From positions 1-38,653 of the forward strand of contig NKIB01015032.1 of the NCBI GenBank assembly GCA_002256025.1: a stretch of DNA of 38,653 nucleotides, in the 5' to 3' direction. The notes under the pieces were generated by a model. It was not told the DNA's origin. It worked only from the letters and a program-made list of their open reading frames with translations, and ran no database searches. The position numbers and the translations under genes are program-made. This document shows, piece by piece, positions 21,731 to 32,515 of this stretch. The first letter of the stretch is position 1. Each line of letters opens with the position of its first letter. This DNA is from Asterionella formosa. Its lineage: Eukaryota.

Positions 21731-24667
21731 TTAGTCATTGTGGCAGTAGTTGGATTCCACTGGCAACCAATGACTGCGGCGATAAAAGGGGACATTGGAA
21801 GCAGCATTATACCCTTGTCCCGGTGCTGCTTCGTCCGAGCCTTCAAAACTGCTGTCACTTGATGATGCAACATCACAAGGTGAAGGATCATCGGAGACTT
21901 TGTGGCCATCATCCACAAGCAACATGGCAGTCTTTGAATCACACGATGTAGAGTCTTCTTGTTGAGACAACCCCGAATCCACCATTATGGACCCGTACAT
22001 TATGGATGGGTCAAAATTGTTGCTGTTGTTGTCGACATCCAACAGACTACTTCGATAGTGCTGTCGAGATAGCGGCGTGGCATCGCTAGAGTTGGAAAAA
22101 CTACTAGCCGCCGAGACGACGTTGTTGATAGCCAAAGACTCCTGCGCCGGAACGCACACATGATGAGTACTAGTGGCATTGGTCGGGGATGATACTTCGA
22201 CAAACTGAGAGGCTATGCTGTCAAAGGATGAAACGGAGCTCACACTTTGAGTGGATGGAAGAAGTGATGGGTAAAGGTTACACGCATAGTGGTTGCCGTA
22301 TGAGCGAGACATGAGGAGGATGGAATTTAGTGAAGGATCAACAACAGGAGGTTCCAAGGGGAGTTCATATAGTGAGGTGAAAAGACTTGTTGATTCTTTC
22401 GCTTGAATTGAAAAGGAAGCATTGGCGATGGCCGTTGTGCGTTTCTCGCCAACTCCCACTTGAAACTCCTTGAATGTCGCATGCCCGGAAGTACTAAGCT
22501 GACTTTCAATGTCTTCTCCCTTGTCCGTTTGCAGAGAACCATGCTCTCCATCTGAGGTTTGCAAAATTCTTGCGACCGGGCCTGTTCCAACTCCAATTCT
22601 CACACTTTCACCCATTGTTATTTGAGTTTCATCCCCAACAGAAATGTCTGCCGTTGCGAAAATGTTGATATGATGCATGGGACGCGACCTCCGGCGTTTC
22701 CATCCCACAACGAGTACGAAGAGCGAAACAACCACCAAAACTTCAGCAATAAGCCCAAATAAACCTCCAGGCTTCAATCTCTGAGATTTGTGCTTTTTGA
22801 TTGGGACCTCGTCAAAGAATGTGCGGCTGAATGATGGTGCCGATGAGGTATATTGGACGTTGGTAACGTCATCAGATAACTCTGTAATTATTGGTTCGTT
22901 GGTCGCTGTCGCGGGCATCGAAGTCTCTAATGAAACAGCAGATGGCAAAGGAGTTGGTATGTTCGATACTTCTTGGAATTGGTCGTCTACACCTGTTGGA
23001 ATCTGGGTTGGTTGCTCTGAAGTCGGCAAAATCAAGGGATATGATGATCCTTTCCCACTTGGAGACAAAGAAGGGGATACGGAATTGTCGCGATCGGAGG
23101 GAAGATTAGATGGTCGGTCCGTAGTGGGTGCAAAAGTGCGACGTGTGTCCACCAATCGGCAAGAAGTTGACCCAATGACATTAGATAGAATTGGACAAGG
23201 AACACATGCCTGTCCAACAGTGTGCCTTCCAACTAGTCGCTGAAAAGATCCTGCAGAACAAGCGACTCCATCACATCCGTACAAGTTAGGAATCAAACCA
23301 TCAACGCTTGGCTTTTCACACAGCTGGATCGGTACAGCGCCAGTAATACCAACATCCTGTATGCGAAGGGTTCTTAATTCAGCAAGATCACCGAGACACG
23401 ATGGTAAAGTCCCTCCAATATTGGAATTGCCAGAGATATCGAGCGACACCAACCTCGTCAGATTACAAATTTGATTTGGAATTGTTCCTTCCAGCCTGTT
23501 TCCATCTAGTTTTAATCGTTGCAACAGACTCAATGTACCGAGCTCGGTAGGTATGCTGCCATTAAAGAAGTTCAGTCCCAGATCCAATTGCCGTAGATGC
23601 TTAAGGACGCTGATTGACGAAGGAATTTCTCCGTGCATGTTGTTTTGTCGTATTTGGATTCGCTGCAGTTTCTCAAAATCGGTCAACCGCGATGGAATGG
23701 TTCCAGTCAGACCAGTTCCGTTGAGGTCTAGTGCAATGACATAGTTGTCAACGTTGCACAGCACTCCTGTAAAATTACAGTAGTCAACAACTCCAGCTGA
23801 CGATTCTGACACGAACCAATTGTGACAGGCTCTAGATAAGGGAGAATTCATAGATGTTTCTTCGAAGAAAGACAAAAGCAATCTTCTTTGCTTTTGCTCA
23901 ATCGACTCTGTTGTTTGGTTGATTCTCGGAGTTATAGTCTCCACGTCGCAAAATGTTCCGAAGTCTCCGTGCTTATAAGAAACGGATTTTAAGCCAGTCG
24001 CCGGATTGCGAGGAGATATGTTATTCACTCTTCTACAGAGTGTAGGATCGTCCATCCAAACTGGGAATAGAGGCCCAAATCGTGTTGCCCCATTTTCATC
24101 GAAAGCAGTCCCAATAAATGCAACAGACAGTGCCATTTCCAACGAAAGAATTGGAATATTTCTAACATCGATATCAGAATCAAAAAATTCAAATGAGAGT
24201 TTCGATGCCTAGCGCGAGAAATCATAGAAAAGTGAGAGAGGCCATATCAAGATTTGTCTTGAACGGCATGCCGGCTGCAAACTCACCATCTGGGACGATA
24301 CTTCACATTCTTCGCTGGGACACGGATAGGCAGAGCAATAGGTAAAGATGTTCTCATCATGAGGTAAATCGAACATTAGTGAGTGGTCTACACCAAACCA
24401 GCCTTCTTCAGTAACTCGTAGAGTCAAATTTGCTGGAAGAGTGTTTTGGCAATCACCATTAGTGCAAAGAGGACAAGGCGATGCATTGAAAGCATTGAGA
24501 TTCCAAGGGGAGGGCTCGAAATTGAGCGACCCTGTTCGTTCGCAATCTACAACGCTTCTCTCTACTCGGAAGGAAATGCATTGGGGTTTGCAGGAGCTAA
24601 TGCCCTTGCAATTCGTAGCCGAGGCATAAAGAGGGAGCGTTACTAGAAGGGAAATAAATTCTCTCAT
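21731..24667 (-). CDS. LRR receptor-like membrane protein without a kinase domain (about 952 aa); exons 24667-24287 and 24208-21731
   Basis: Signal peptide, Cys-rich N-domain, plant-type LRRs (LxLxxNxLxGxIP), Cys C-cap (GCDGVAC..CVPC), P/S/T stalk, TM followed by WKRRR, and a Ser-rich tail. A 78-bp GTGAGT..CTCAC..TAG intron (24209-24286) joins the two ORFs in phase 0. Confidence 0.9.
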
Positions 24668-24852
24668 TGATGAATCAAATAGTTGCTTGATTTGAGTACT
24701 TCAGCAGCATACGACAAAATGAGAACAAAAGCAATACTTTCTTTCAGGTAGGAGTCGCAATATTCGCCGTGGAAGTCTCCTTCTGCATATTCTCCAACTA
24801 ATTTAATCAATCGTGTTTCTTCAGAGGTGCAATAACGCCAATAATTTCTACC

Positions 24853-26727
24853 TCAACTCCATCTACTTTTCTTCGCTGGAGGTGCAGCGCTCAAGCTCCA
24901 CGACGGACAGTTCCTCTCTGAAGCTAAAGTCTCATCACTGAATCCAATTCCCGATTTGTTCCTCCTAGGGTCAACGTTTCCGGATCGCCGGCTCTTGCCT
25001 GCTAGTTGCTTCAATTCCAACGACACGTCTCGTGCTTCTCTTTCAAAGGCGTTCATTAATACGTGAGCAAAGTCCGCATTTTTATGTGTCAATAATGTAT
25101 AGGCTGTTCCTTGTCTATGCTCTTGGCTATCCTTCGCAAGTCTCCCCGCTCGTCCAACTCTATGTGTGTGCACATCAAGATTCTTTGCTGCATCAAAATT
25201 GATAACCGTCGATACGTTTGCAATATCTAATCCTCTTGATGCCACATCTGTAGCAATCAAAATCAGTACTTTGCCATTAGCAAAGGCTTTTAGGGCCGCT
25301 TGTCTATCTGATGGGTGTTTGTCACCATGTAAAGTCTCAAGGATGAGTGTTGGATTTTGTTGTCGAATGACATCAGCGACTGACTCGCAATCTACTCGTG
25401 TCGACACAAATACAATTGTGCTCCCCAAATTCTCCAAAACAGGCAACATCTGAACAAGCCATTCCTTTTTGGCATCATAGGAAGGGAGTACCATGACATG
25501 TTGCTGAACATGTTCACTAGCTTCTCCTGTTTTTCCCACGGAAATGCGAACCGGATTTTGTAGCCATTTTTTAGTCACTTGCTCTACCTTTCTTCCCATG
25601 GTTGCACTGATCAACATGGATTGTCGGTCTGGTCGTACATTTTTCAGTATTTCCGTTACTTGTGATTCAAATCCCATATCCAACATTTTGTCAGCTTCAT
25701 CCAGAACCACCATAGTGACACGACGCAATGAAATTCCATTTTTTTTAATTGCCAATACATCCAAGAATCTCCCTGGTGTTGCCACAACAAGTTCGCATCC
25801 TCGCTTTGCAAAATCTTGAACAAGATGATACCTTCCCACTCCACCAGTAATGGCAATGGACTTTCCCTTGAGTGCTTGTACCATAATTTGTGCCTGTTTT
25901 TGTACTTGCATGGCCAATTCCCTTGTCGGCACCAATACAAGTCCAATGGGCCCTTCTCCAGGTAGTAATTCTCTTTGATCACAGCAATGCACTACCATGG
26001 GCCAAATGTATGCCAATGTTTTTCCAGATCCTGTTGATGCTGTAATGAGACAATCCTTTCCAGCCAATGCTACTGCAAGTGTCTGTGACTGTACCAGGGT
26101 TGGTTTCTGATAACCTCGCGATTGTATGACACCAAACAATTCATTTCCCAAAATATCCTTTATCTCATCAAAGTCAAGGATAGGATCCATCGTCCCTGGC
26201 GTGCATGTCACATTATGTTGATTACGCCACGAATGTCCCTTGACAGAATCACTCCCTTTGCCAAATTCCTTGTGGAAGGGTTCATACGGAATTAAGTCAT
26301 GTTGGACTTGTTCCAATGTAAAAGGCGATTGCTTTTGTTGTTGATGTGTGGCCTGTACAAAACCAATGGATGCCCATGCTGCATCTTGTGCTGTTACTGC
26401 TGCTGATGCATATTTTGTATTATTTTCTTGATGAAGCGATGTTTCTGATTTTGTCTCTAATGTTGGTGCTGCTGTCAGTGGTTCATTCATCCAATGACTT
26501 GTTGCTTCTTCAGCATTTTCAACGTCGAGTCTCTCTGGCTTGTAATGATTGTAGTTGGCAGCAGTAGCAGTAGCAGAAGCAGTAATGGAAGCAGTAGTCA
26601 CAATGGAAGCATTGTCCAACGACTTCATGTACGCATCGAGGGGATCTTCTTGATCATCATCTTCTACTTGCTGTTGCTGCTGATGCTGCTCAGGTTCGTC
26701 TTCGTCGCTGTCATCGAACCATCCCAT
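24853..26727 (-). CDS. DDX42: DEAD-box RNA helicase, DDX42-like
   Basis: Q motif, TGSGKT, PTRELA, TPGR, DEAD, SAT, TDVASRGLDI and HRVGRAGR, plus N-terminal DPLDAYM and YEPFHK. First ATG at 26727. The helicase call is firm; the DDX42 orthology is less certain. Confidence 0.85.
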   Translation of the reverse strand: MGWFDDSDEDEPEQHQQQQQVEDDDQEDPLDAYMKSLDNASIVTTASITASATATAANYNHYKPERLDVENAEEATSHWMNEPLTAAPTLETKSETSLHQENNTKYASAAVTAQDAAWASIGFVQATHQQQKQSPFTLEQVQHDLIPYEPFHKEFGKGSDSVKGHSWRNQHNVTCTPGTMDPILDFDEIKDILGNELFGVIQSRGYQKPTLVQSQTLAVALAGKDCLITASTGSGKTLAYIWPMVVHCCDQRELLPGEGPIGLVLVPTRELAMQVQKQAQIMVQALKGKSIAITGGVGRYHLVQDFAKRGCELVVATPGRFLDVLAIKKNGISLRRVTMVVLDEADKMLDMGFESQVTEILKNVRPDRQSMLISATMGRKVEQVTKKWLQNPVRISVGKTGEASEHVQQHVMVLPSYDAKKEWLVQMLPVLENLGSTIVFVSTRVDCESVADVIRQQNPTLILETLHGDKHPSDRQAALKAFANGKVLILIATDVASRGLDIANVSTVINFDAAKNLDVHTHRVGRAGRLAKDSQEHRQGTAYTLLTHKNADFAHVLMNAFEREARDVSLELKQLAGKSRRSGNVDPRRNKSGIGFSDETLASERNCPSWSLSAAPPAKKSRWS

Positions 26728-27363
26728 AATGAACAAGACTATTATACATGTAACAAGTGGAAGTGATGATGAATGATTTCATAGGAGTCGATGCGAAATG
26801 ACGAATGATGGTGGACTTTTCGTTGAGGAATAATAATACCGACCGGTACGCACAATGGCTGATGAATGAGTGGGCATAAAAACCATGCCACAACAACAAG
26901 ACTCTACATATTCTACCTGACACGGGGTACTGCACCAGGTACTGTGTTATTTTGATGATAATGTATACTTGTATACGTATTTGTATATTATATGATCCTA
27001 ATATTCTCTCTGACAAACATCATCAATGAAAAGGATAAATACTGGCATATCAGGAAATCTAAGATAGTAAAATTATTGCCGGTAGACAATGATATGTACT
27101 ATTACACCCCCTTTATCCCGACATCGAGTACCGGTGCCGTTACTGGTATCTATTCTTACGTAGCCCACCATCATCATCAACCTCGATAGAGCAACGACGA
27201 AGAATGCTGATGCCTCGATTCAAATCCATTGTTTCATGAACATCCTTCACACTCTTCTCTCCTGCTGATGCAGTACAATGTCAATGTATGTCTATGGCCA
27301 ACAACACAATACACGCTACCCCGTACCCTCAACAACGCTACATTCATTATCGTTTTATAGCAA

Positions 27364-29832
27364 ATGGCTCCATCTTCCACGACAATAGCAACTGCTTCTA
27401 CCGCAACTGCAACTGCTACTGCTACTAGAGCTGCTTCTTCTACTACCAGCAGTCGCAGTTCGTATCCTCACAAACGCCGTGTCATTGTCATTGGTGCTGG
27501 AATGGCTGGATTGGCAGCCGCACGTGAATTGCAACATCGACGGTATCAAGTCCTTGTGATTGAAGCTAGATCCAGAGTTGGAGGTCGGGTACATGGTGTG
27601 CCTGTTGTGACTACTATTGACGACATTGATGCATCCACCTGCTCTACTACTACAACAGCTGCAACTGCAACTTCAACCACTACTACTGCAAACGTCGATG
27701 TCGGTGGAGCCATTATTCATGGAATTGATAATAATCCATTGACTAAACTTTGTCAACAACTGGGTGTACACATGACCAAATCATTGCAGGATTGTTTATT
27801 ATTGAATCAAAGTGGATGGCCCATTGATCCAAAGGTGGATGAAAAAGTTAGTCAACATTTTAATGATGTTTTGGAAACAACATTTGAACGAATTCAACAA
27901 CTGCCTACTACAAAGTCGACAATAACAACCACTTCTGCTACTAAAGAGAGCTTCGGAACTGTCTTAAACATGGTCCGAGAGGAAGCTCATATTACACCAT
28001 CACCTCTATGGAATTGGCATCAAAACAATTTGGAATTAAGCTGTGGTGCGCCTCTAAATGAATTAGGATATGCTTGGAATGATGATGAACCGTATGGATT
28101 TGAAGGAAATCATGTGGCACTGGCCAAGAGCTGGAATACAGTCACGGAACGATTGGCTGAGGGATTAGATATACTATATAATTGTCCCATTCAAGGTATT
28201 CGAGTTGTTGAACAACAAAAACCTTCATCAAGACAGCATGCCATTGGTCAGGATATATCTCCCGCTGACACTGCAACTTCTACTATTCCAACTTCACGGA
28301 CTCCATCAGTAGTACCTATACTACCCTCATCACGAAGATGTTCGAATCGACATACCAAGAAACCTACCAAATTTACAATATCCTCACACTCGACACTTTC
28401 ATATGACACATCATCATTTGATACTCAAAGACGTAGTAAGAACCACAAACCAACACCACCCAAAGTCCTGGTTGAGTTATCAAATGGTAATGTATTGCAA
28501 GCCGATGCGGTTATTTGTACTTTACCACTTGGTGTACTCAAATCAAAGACTGTGACCTTTGATCCGCCTTTATCCACTGCCAAACAATATGCCGTTGATT
28601 CTCTTGGTTGTGGACTGCTCAATAAATGTGTCTTGACCTTCTCCACGGTCTTTTGGCAAGATTCTGACTTTATCGGTTTGACTGGAGACACGTCTCCATA
28701 TCTAATTTTGAATGGACATGTCATTACATCACATCCCATTTTGATTTTCATGTTTGGTGGAGCCAGTGCCTATGAGGTTGAGAAGAAGACAGACGAGGAT
28801 ATCATGAAGGAATGCATGCAAGTCTTGCGAACCATTTGTCACAATCGGACTCCTCCAGAACCCATGGATCATGTCATTACACGATGGGGACATGACCCCT
28901 ACAGTCGAATGAGTTTTTCCTTTGTCCCGCCAGGAGTCAATGGAATGACCCAATTGACAGCACTCTCAGAACCCATTGTATCAACTGCTTCATCGAAGCA
29001 GCCGTTGGTCCTGTTTGCTGGAGAACACACAACTCCCTTTCATCCATCGACCATTCATGGTGCCTTTTTGTCTGGAATAAGAGAAGCATATCGATTGGAT
29101 CTGGCTTTGGAACCTAAATTGAATGACTTTTTAAAATTTGAATCAGAGTATGTTTATCAAAAGACATTTACGTTGAAAAGAAAACTATCAGAAGCAAATC
29201 GAGTCTCCATAATGGGGGAGGAAAAGAAACCAAAAGAACTTGGTGGCACTAGTAGAACTGGAGCACTTTTACAGCAGCGTCGACATGGTGTCATGACATT
29301 GCGAAAGCGCAAATCCCCTATGCCTACAATGACAAATGTGACAGCCACCAATGGCAGTAATGCCTTACCAAGTCCACGTAAATCACAACGTCGCTTTCGT
29401 GTGCACTTTGGCGAAACTGCAGAATCAGCAGATCCACCAACAAAAGTAGCAACAACCTGGACAAATTCTCAGAGGGTGGCTCAAGAAGATCGAACATTGG
29501 ATAGACTTGCATCCTCATATTATCCAAGTTGGAACCTAATTGCAAATAAAGTATTACCACTCTATGGCACTACCAATAAAAAGGCGTCTGTGCTGAAACA
29601 GCGTTACCAATCCATACGAAAGTCAGTGAAGAAATCAAAACCAAAATTGGAATTGATGAACAATTGGTTGGCAGAAGATCAATACATCGTGAAGGAAAAT
29701 GGTGTAGTAGCGCCATTGCCAGTAACATCTGCAAATAGTGCTAATGGCATTAATCATGGCAACTCTCGTGAGAATGGCAAGTGCAGAAGATCTGATCGAA
29801 TGGTTGCTAGAAGAAAGGAACAACAGAAGTAG
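27364..29832 (+). CDS. Flavin-dependent amine oxidase, LSD1/KDM1-like histone demethylase, no SWIRM domain visible
   Basis: GAGMAG and EARSRVGGR, WHQNNLE..WNDDEPYGFEGNH, LPLGVLK, LGCGLLNKCVLTF..FW, TRWGHDP and FAGEHT..TIHGAFLSGIREA. Basic NLS-like C-terminal extension. Confidence 0.85.
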   Translation: MAPSSTTIATASTATATATATRAASSTTSSRSSYPHKRRVIVIGAGMAGLAAARELQHRRYQVLVIEARSRVGGRVHGVPVVTTIDDIDASTCSTTTTAATATSTTTTANVDVGGAIIHGIDNNPLTKLCQQLGVHMTKSLQDCLLLNQSGWPIDPKVDEKVSQHFNDVLETTFERIQQLPTTKSTITTTSATKESFGTVLNMVREEAHITPSPLWNWHQNNLELSCGAPLNELGYAWNDDEPYGFEGNHVALAKSWNTVTERLAEGLDILYNCPIQGIRVVEQQKPSSRQHAIGQDISPADTATSTIPTSRTPSVVPILPSSRRCSNRHTKKPTKFTISSHSTLSYDTSSFDTQRRSKNHKPTPPKVLVELSNGNVLQADAVICTLPLGVLKSKTVTFDPPLSTAKQYAVDSLGCGLLNKCVLTFSTVFWQDSDFIGLTGDTSPYLILNGHVITSHPILIFMFGGASAYEVEKKTDEDIMKECMQVLRTICHNRTPPEPMDHVITRWGHDPYSRMSFSFVPPGVNGMTQLTALSEPIVSTASSKQPLVLFAGEHTTPFHPSTIHGAFLSGIREAYRLDLALEPKLNDFLKFESEYVYQKTFTLKRKLSEANRVSIMGEEKKPKELGGTSRTGALLQQRRHGVMTLRKRKSPMPTMTNVTATNGSNALPSPRKSQRRFRVHFGETAESADPPTKVATTWTNSQRVAQEDRTLDRLASSYYPSWNLIANKVLPLYGTTNKKASVLKQRYQSIRKSVKKSKPKLELMNNWLAEDQYIVKENGVVAPLPVTSANSANGINHGNSRENGKCRRSDRMVARRKEQQK

Positions 29833-30719
29833 ATGGAGAATGGAACAGTACATTTTGAAATGTCTGTGTCCGATTGCCAATGTAGATAGGAATACATCAC
29901 ATTCTTATAACAAGAAGCAAACCCTAAAGCGAATGGACAGTGAATTCTCCCAAATAAATTTGGCTTTTAGGATATTTTGTCGTTGCTGGCTGACTTCATT
30001 CAGTATAACGGAATAACTACACCATTGCAATACTACTACTAGCAGTCCTTCCTATTTGTGGATCCATCATTTGAAAAACGTCGTGGAAGCAAGCAAGAAA
30101 ACATGAAACAACCCTATGACAAAAAATCCCATTGATTTGTTCTCATATTATTTATCATTGTCATTGTGATTGAGCCATTATGTTTGCCTAGTTTGTGTAT
30201 ACCAGCAAACGCAAATGCAAACGCAATCGCAATTATAGTAAGCAGGGTGTGTTGTGCTTGGTATGTGGCAGAAGCAATAAAAATTAATGAAGAAAAAAGA
30301 TAAAAAGAAGAATTGCACTACTAGCATTTAACAAAAGAAATCAACAACAGGGGCAGTTGAATTCTTATACATGAGCAATCCTAAGTGGGGGGGAAGTGTT
30401 GCATGCTTCCCGTATCTCACTTGCTAGCAGGAGCTTTTGCTTCTTGTACCACTATAAAAGGCATACACCATTTCTTCGGATGGTCCCTATTTCTATCTGG
30501 TTGTCCCATGCCAATCTCCTGTGCTTGGTGCAGTGAAGGAGATTGCTGCCTTTTGCAGCCCTAATCCCTACCTATGATTCTGTGATACAGTCAGTTTGGG
30601 TATTAGCATGAACCCTAAACCTATAGTATATAATATTTTGTGCCTGGATTGGCATCATGTTATAATCACATCCACCATGTTGTTATTATTCTGTTGCTTT
30701 ACTCAACAATAGAACATCC

Positions 30720-30792
30720 TCCCATGCCGCTTCAAATAGCCTTCTTTCCGCCATGAGTAGTGCTTATAGTAAACACAGGAAGCGGCATGGGA
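30720..30792. repeat. 14-bp perfect inverted repeat with a 45-bp spacer
   Basis: TCCCATGCCGCTTC (30720-30733) and GAAGCGGCATGGGA (30779-30792). Confidence 0.9.
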
Positions 30793-31347
30793 CGACACAA
30801 CTTGGTTTATAAATGAACTATTTTGTGTTGGGCACACAGATCCATGATGCCTAAATGCTGACCAATTGTTTTCACACTCTTGAGCTTGACAGCGGGCAAG
30901 CTGGAGTTGAAACTGTACAGGAATGTCTCAAATAAGGTCATATAGTATTCGCAATGAAGATACATCAACTATTTCACACCCATTGCTGCGCAATGGACTT
31001 CGATTTCATGTTCATCATGAATGAATGCAATGATGACAACGATGAGATTGCATGTAAATAAAATTTATTCACATGACTGTTATTTATAAAGAACATTTTA
31101 CTTAAGCTAAAATTATCTTGTACTGGTAGCTACGATGGCTACCCAATGTACCGGTTAGTGTCATAATGCATCCAGCCATATTGTCCAATGTTTTTACATG
31201 ATGGAGGAGGAATGATCAAGTATTCTGATGGCATTTGCTTCCAGTCGATCATCCTGCCTCGTCGCTCGAACAGATCAGCATCCCAGAACTATAGCTGCAA
31301 ATCACAATTCATCTTCTTAACAGCACAGCCAACACCAGCACGTCACG

Positions 31348-32145
31348 ATGATTCGGTCTTCCACCATCTGCATGGTGACAATCCTTGCGCTTATTTCTTG
31401 TCAGCAAATTGACTCGTTTTCGACCGTTCGATGGACGCGAAGAAGTGTCTGCAACAATTTCCACAGCAACAACAACAACATACCTTCTGCGCTCTTTGCC
31501 AAATCTAAGTCTTCCAAAAATGCCGCCTCCGGATTTGGAGGAGTATCTACCACTACTACTAAAATTCCAGACAATAAACTCCGGAGCATGTCAGGATTTC
31601 AAGGCGCTGGCACAAAACCTCTCCGAGTTGCTGCCAATACCTTTGATAAACTTCGTCAAAGGTACGGTATTCCAGCATGTTCTGACGTATATGTAAGATC
31701 TCGGGACAATGATCCACATACCTTTTGGTTTGTAGGAAAGGTGGCAAGATGTACCACAACGAGCGATGCGTTGCATGGAACGTCCATCCCAACACCACAA
31801 GAGGCGGTGATTAGTCAAAAACGCTTGATTCTGGAATATGCCAAACGAGAATTGAGGCCACAAAACTTGGGTGGGACTTTTTCACAATCCTTGGACATTT
31901 GGTTGGCACCAGGAGATTCAGAAATGGAGTGTGTCCAAAATAAAATTGCGCTGGAACCAGTGACCGGGTCAGCGGCGAATTTGTCACCTGGCTTTTCAGT
32001 GGCAGATGTTGGATACAATCCAGAGATTTATTTGGGAGATGAACTTAGTCAAGGAGGGCTGCGGTTGACAAGAGATATTGATGGAAGACCAATCAAACCA
32101 GTCTTCGATGTTAAAGAAGCGGTGCCTAAACCGAATTCATCATGA
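31348..32145 (+). CDS. Putative plastid-targeted hypothetical protein, possibly HHL1-like
   Basis: Signal peptide ending IDS-F followed by an S/T/R-rich transit-like peptide, then LFAKSK..SGFG and a globular region DVYVR..FWFVGKVAR..QKRLILEYAKRELRP. Confidence 0.75.
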   Translation: MIRSSTICMVTILALISCQQIDSFSTVRWTRRSVCNNFHSNNNNIPSALFAKSKSSKNAASGFGGVSTTTTKIPDNKLRSMSGFQGAGTKPLRVAANTFDKLRQRYGIPACSDVYVRSRDNDPHTFWFVGKVARCTTTSDALHGTSIPTPQEAVISQKRLILEYAKRELRPQNLGGTFSQSLDIWLAPGDSEMECVQNKIALEPVTGSAANLSPGFSVADVGYNPEIYLGDELSQGGLRLTRDIDGRPIKPVFDVKEAVPKPNSS

Positions 32146-32515
32146 GGCACCTTTCAAAGCAATATAACCTGAATTGTTGCTGCAGAGTTTGTCTAGAAGG
32201 GGCGGAATATCTGTTCAAAAATGGCAAACAGAATTTCATACCTATTATGATATTTCAAACAACCGATGGACAGAGAAACAGTATAATCCAGTCCAAGCAG
32301 TAATTGAGATAGTAGAACAAACAAACTCGATTGAAAGTCCAGTTCCTAGATCTAACTCCCAGGTGATTGATACTTTAGACACCAGAAAAGATCTGTGATG
32401 ACGAATTTGCTTGGGATTACTCCTAGATGAGGCAGTGACTAGAAAACAAATCTGTGGCTGAAAACTAGTAGCAATGTTCTATCAACTGATTGATTTATAA
32501 ACAATCAAGCGTAAA

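Noticed and set aside
24142..24290. Apparent frameshift or pseudogene in the LRR gene (likewise in HSF at 20612-20718)
   Set aside because: Fully explained by canonical GT-AG introns that restore the frame.
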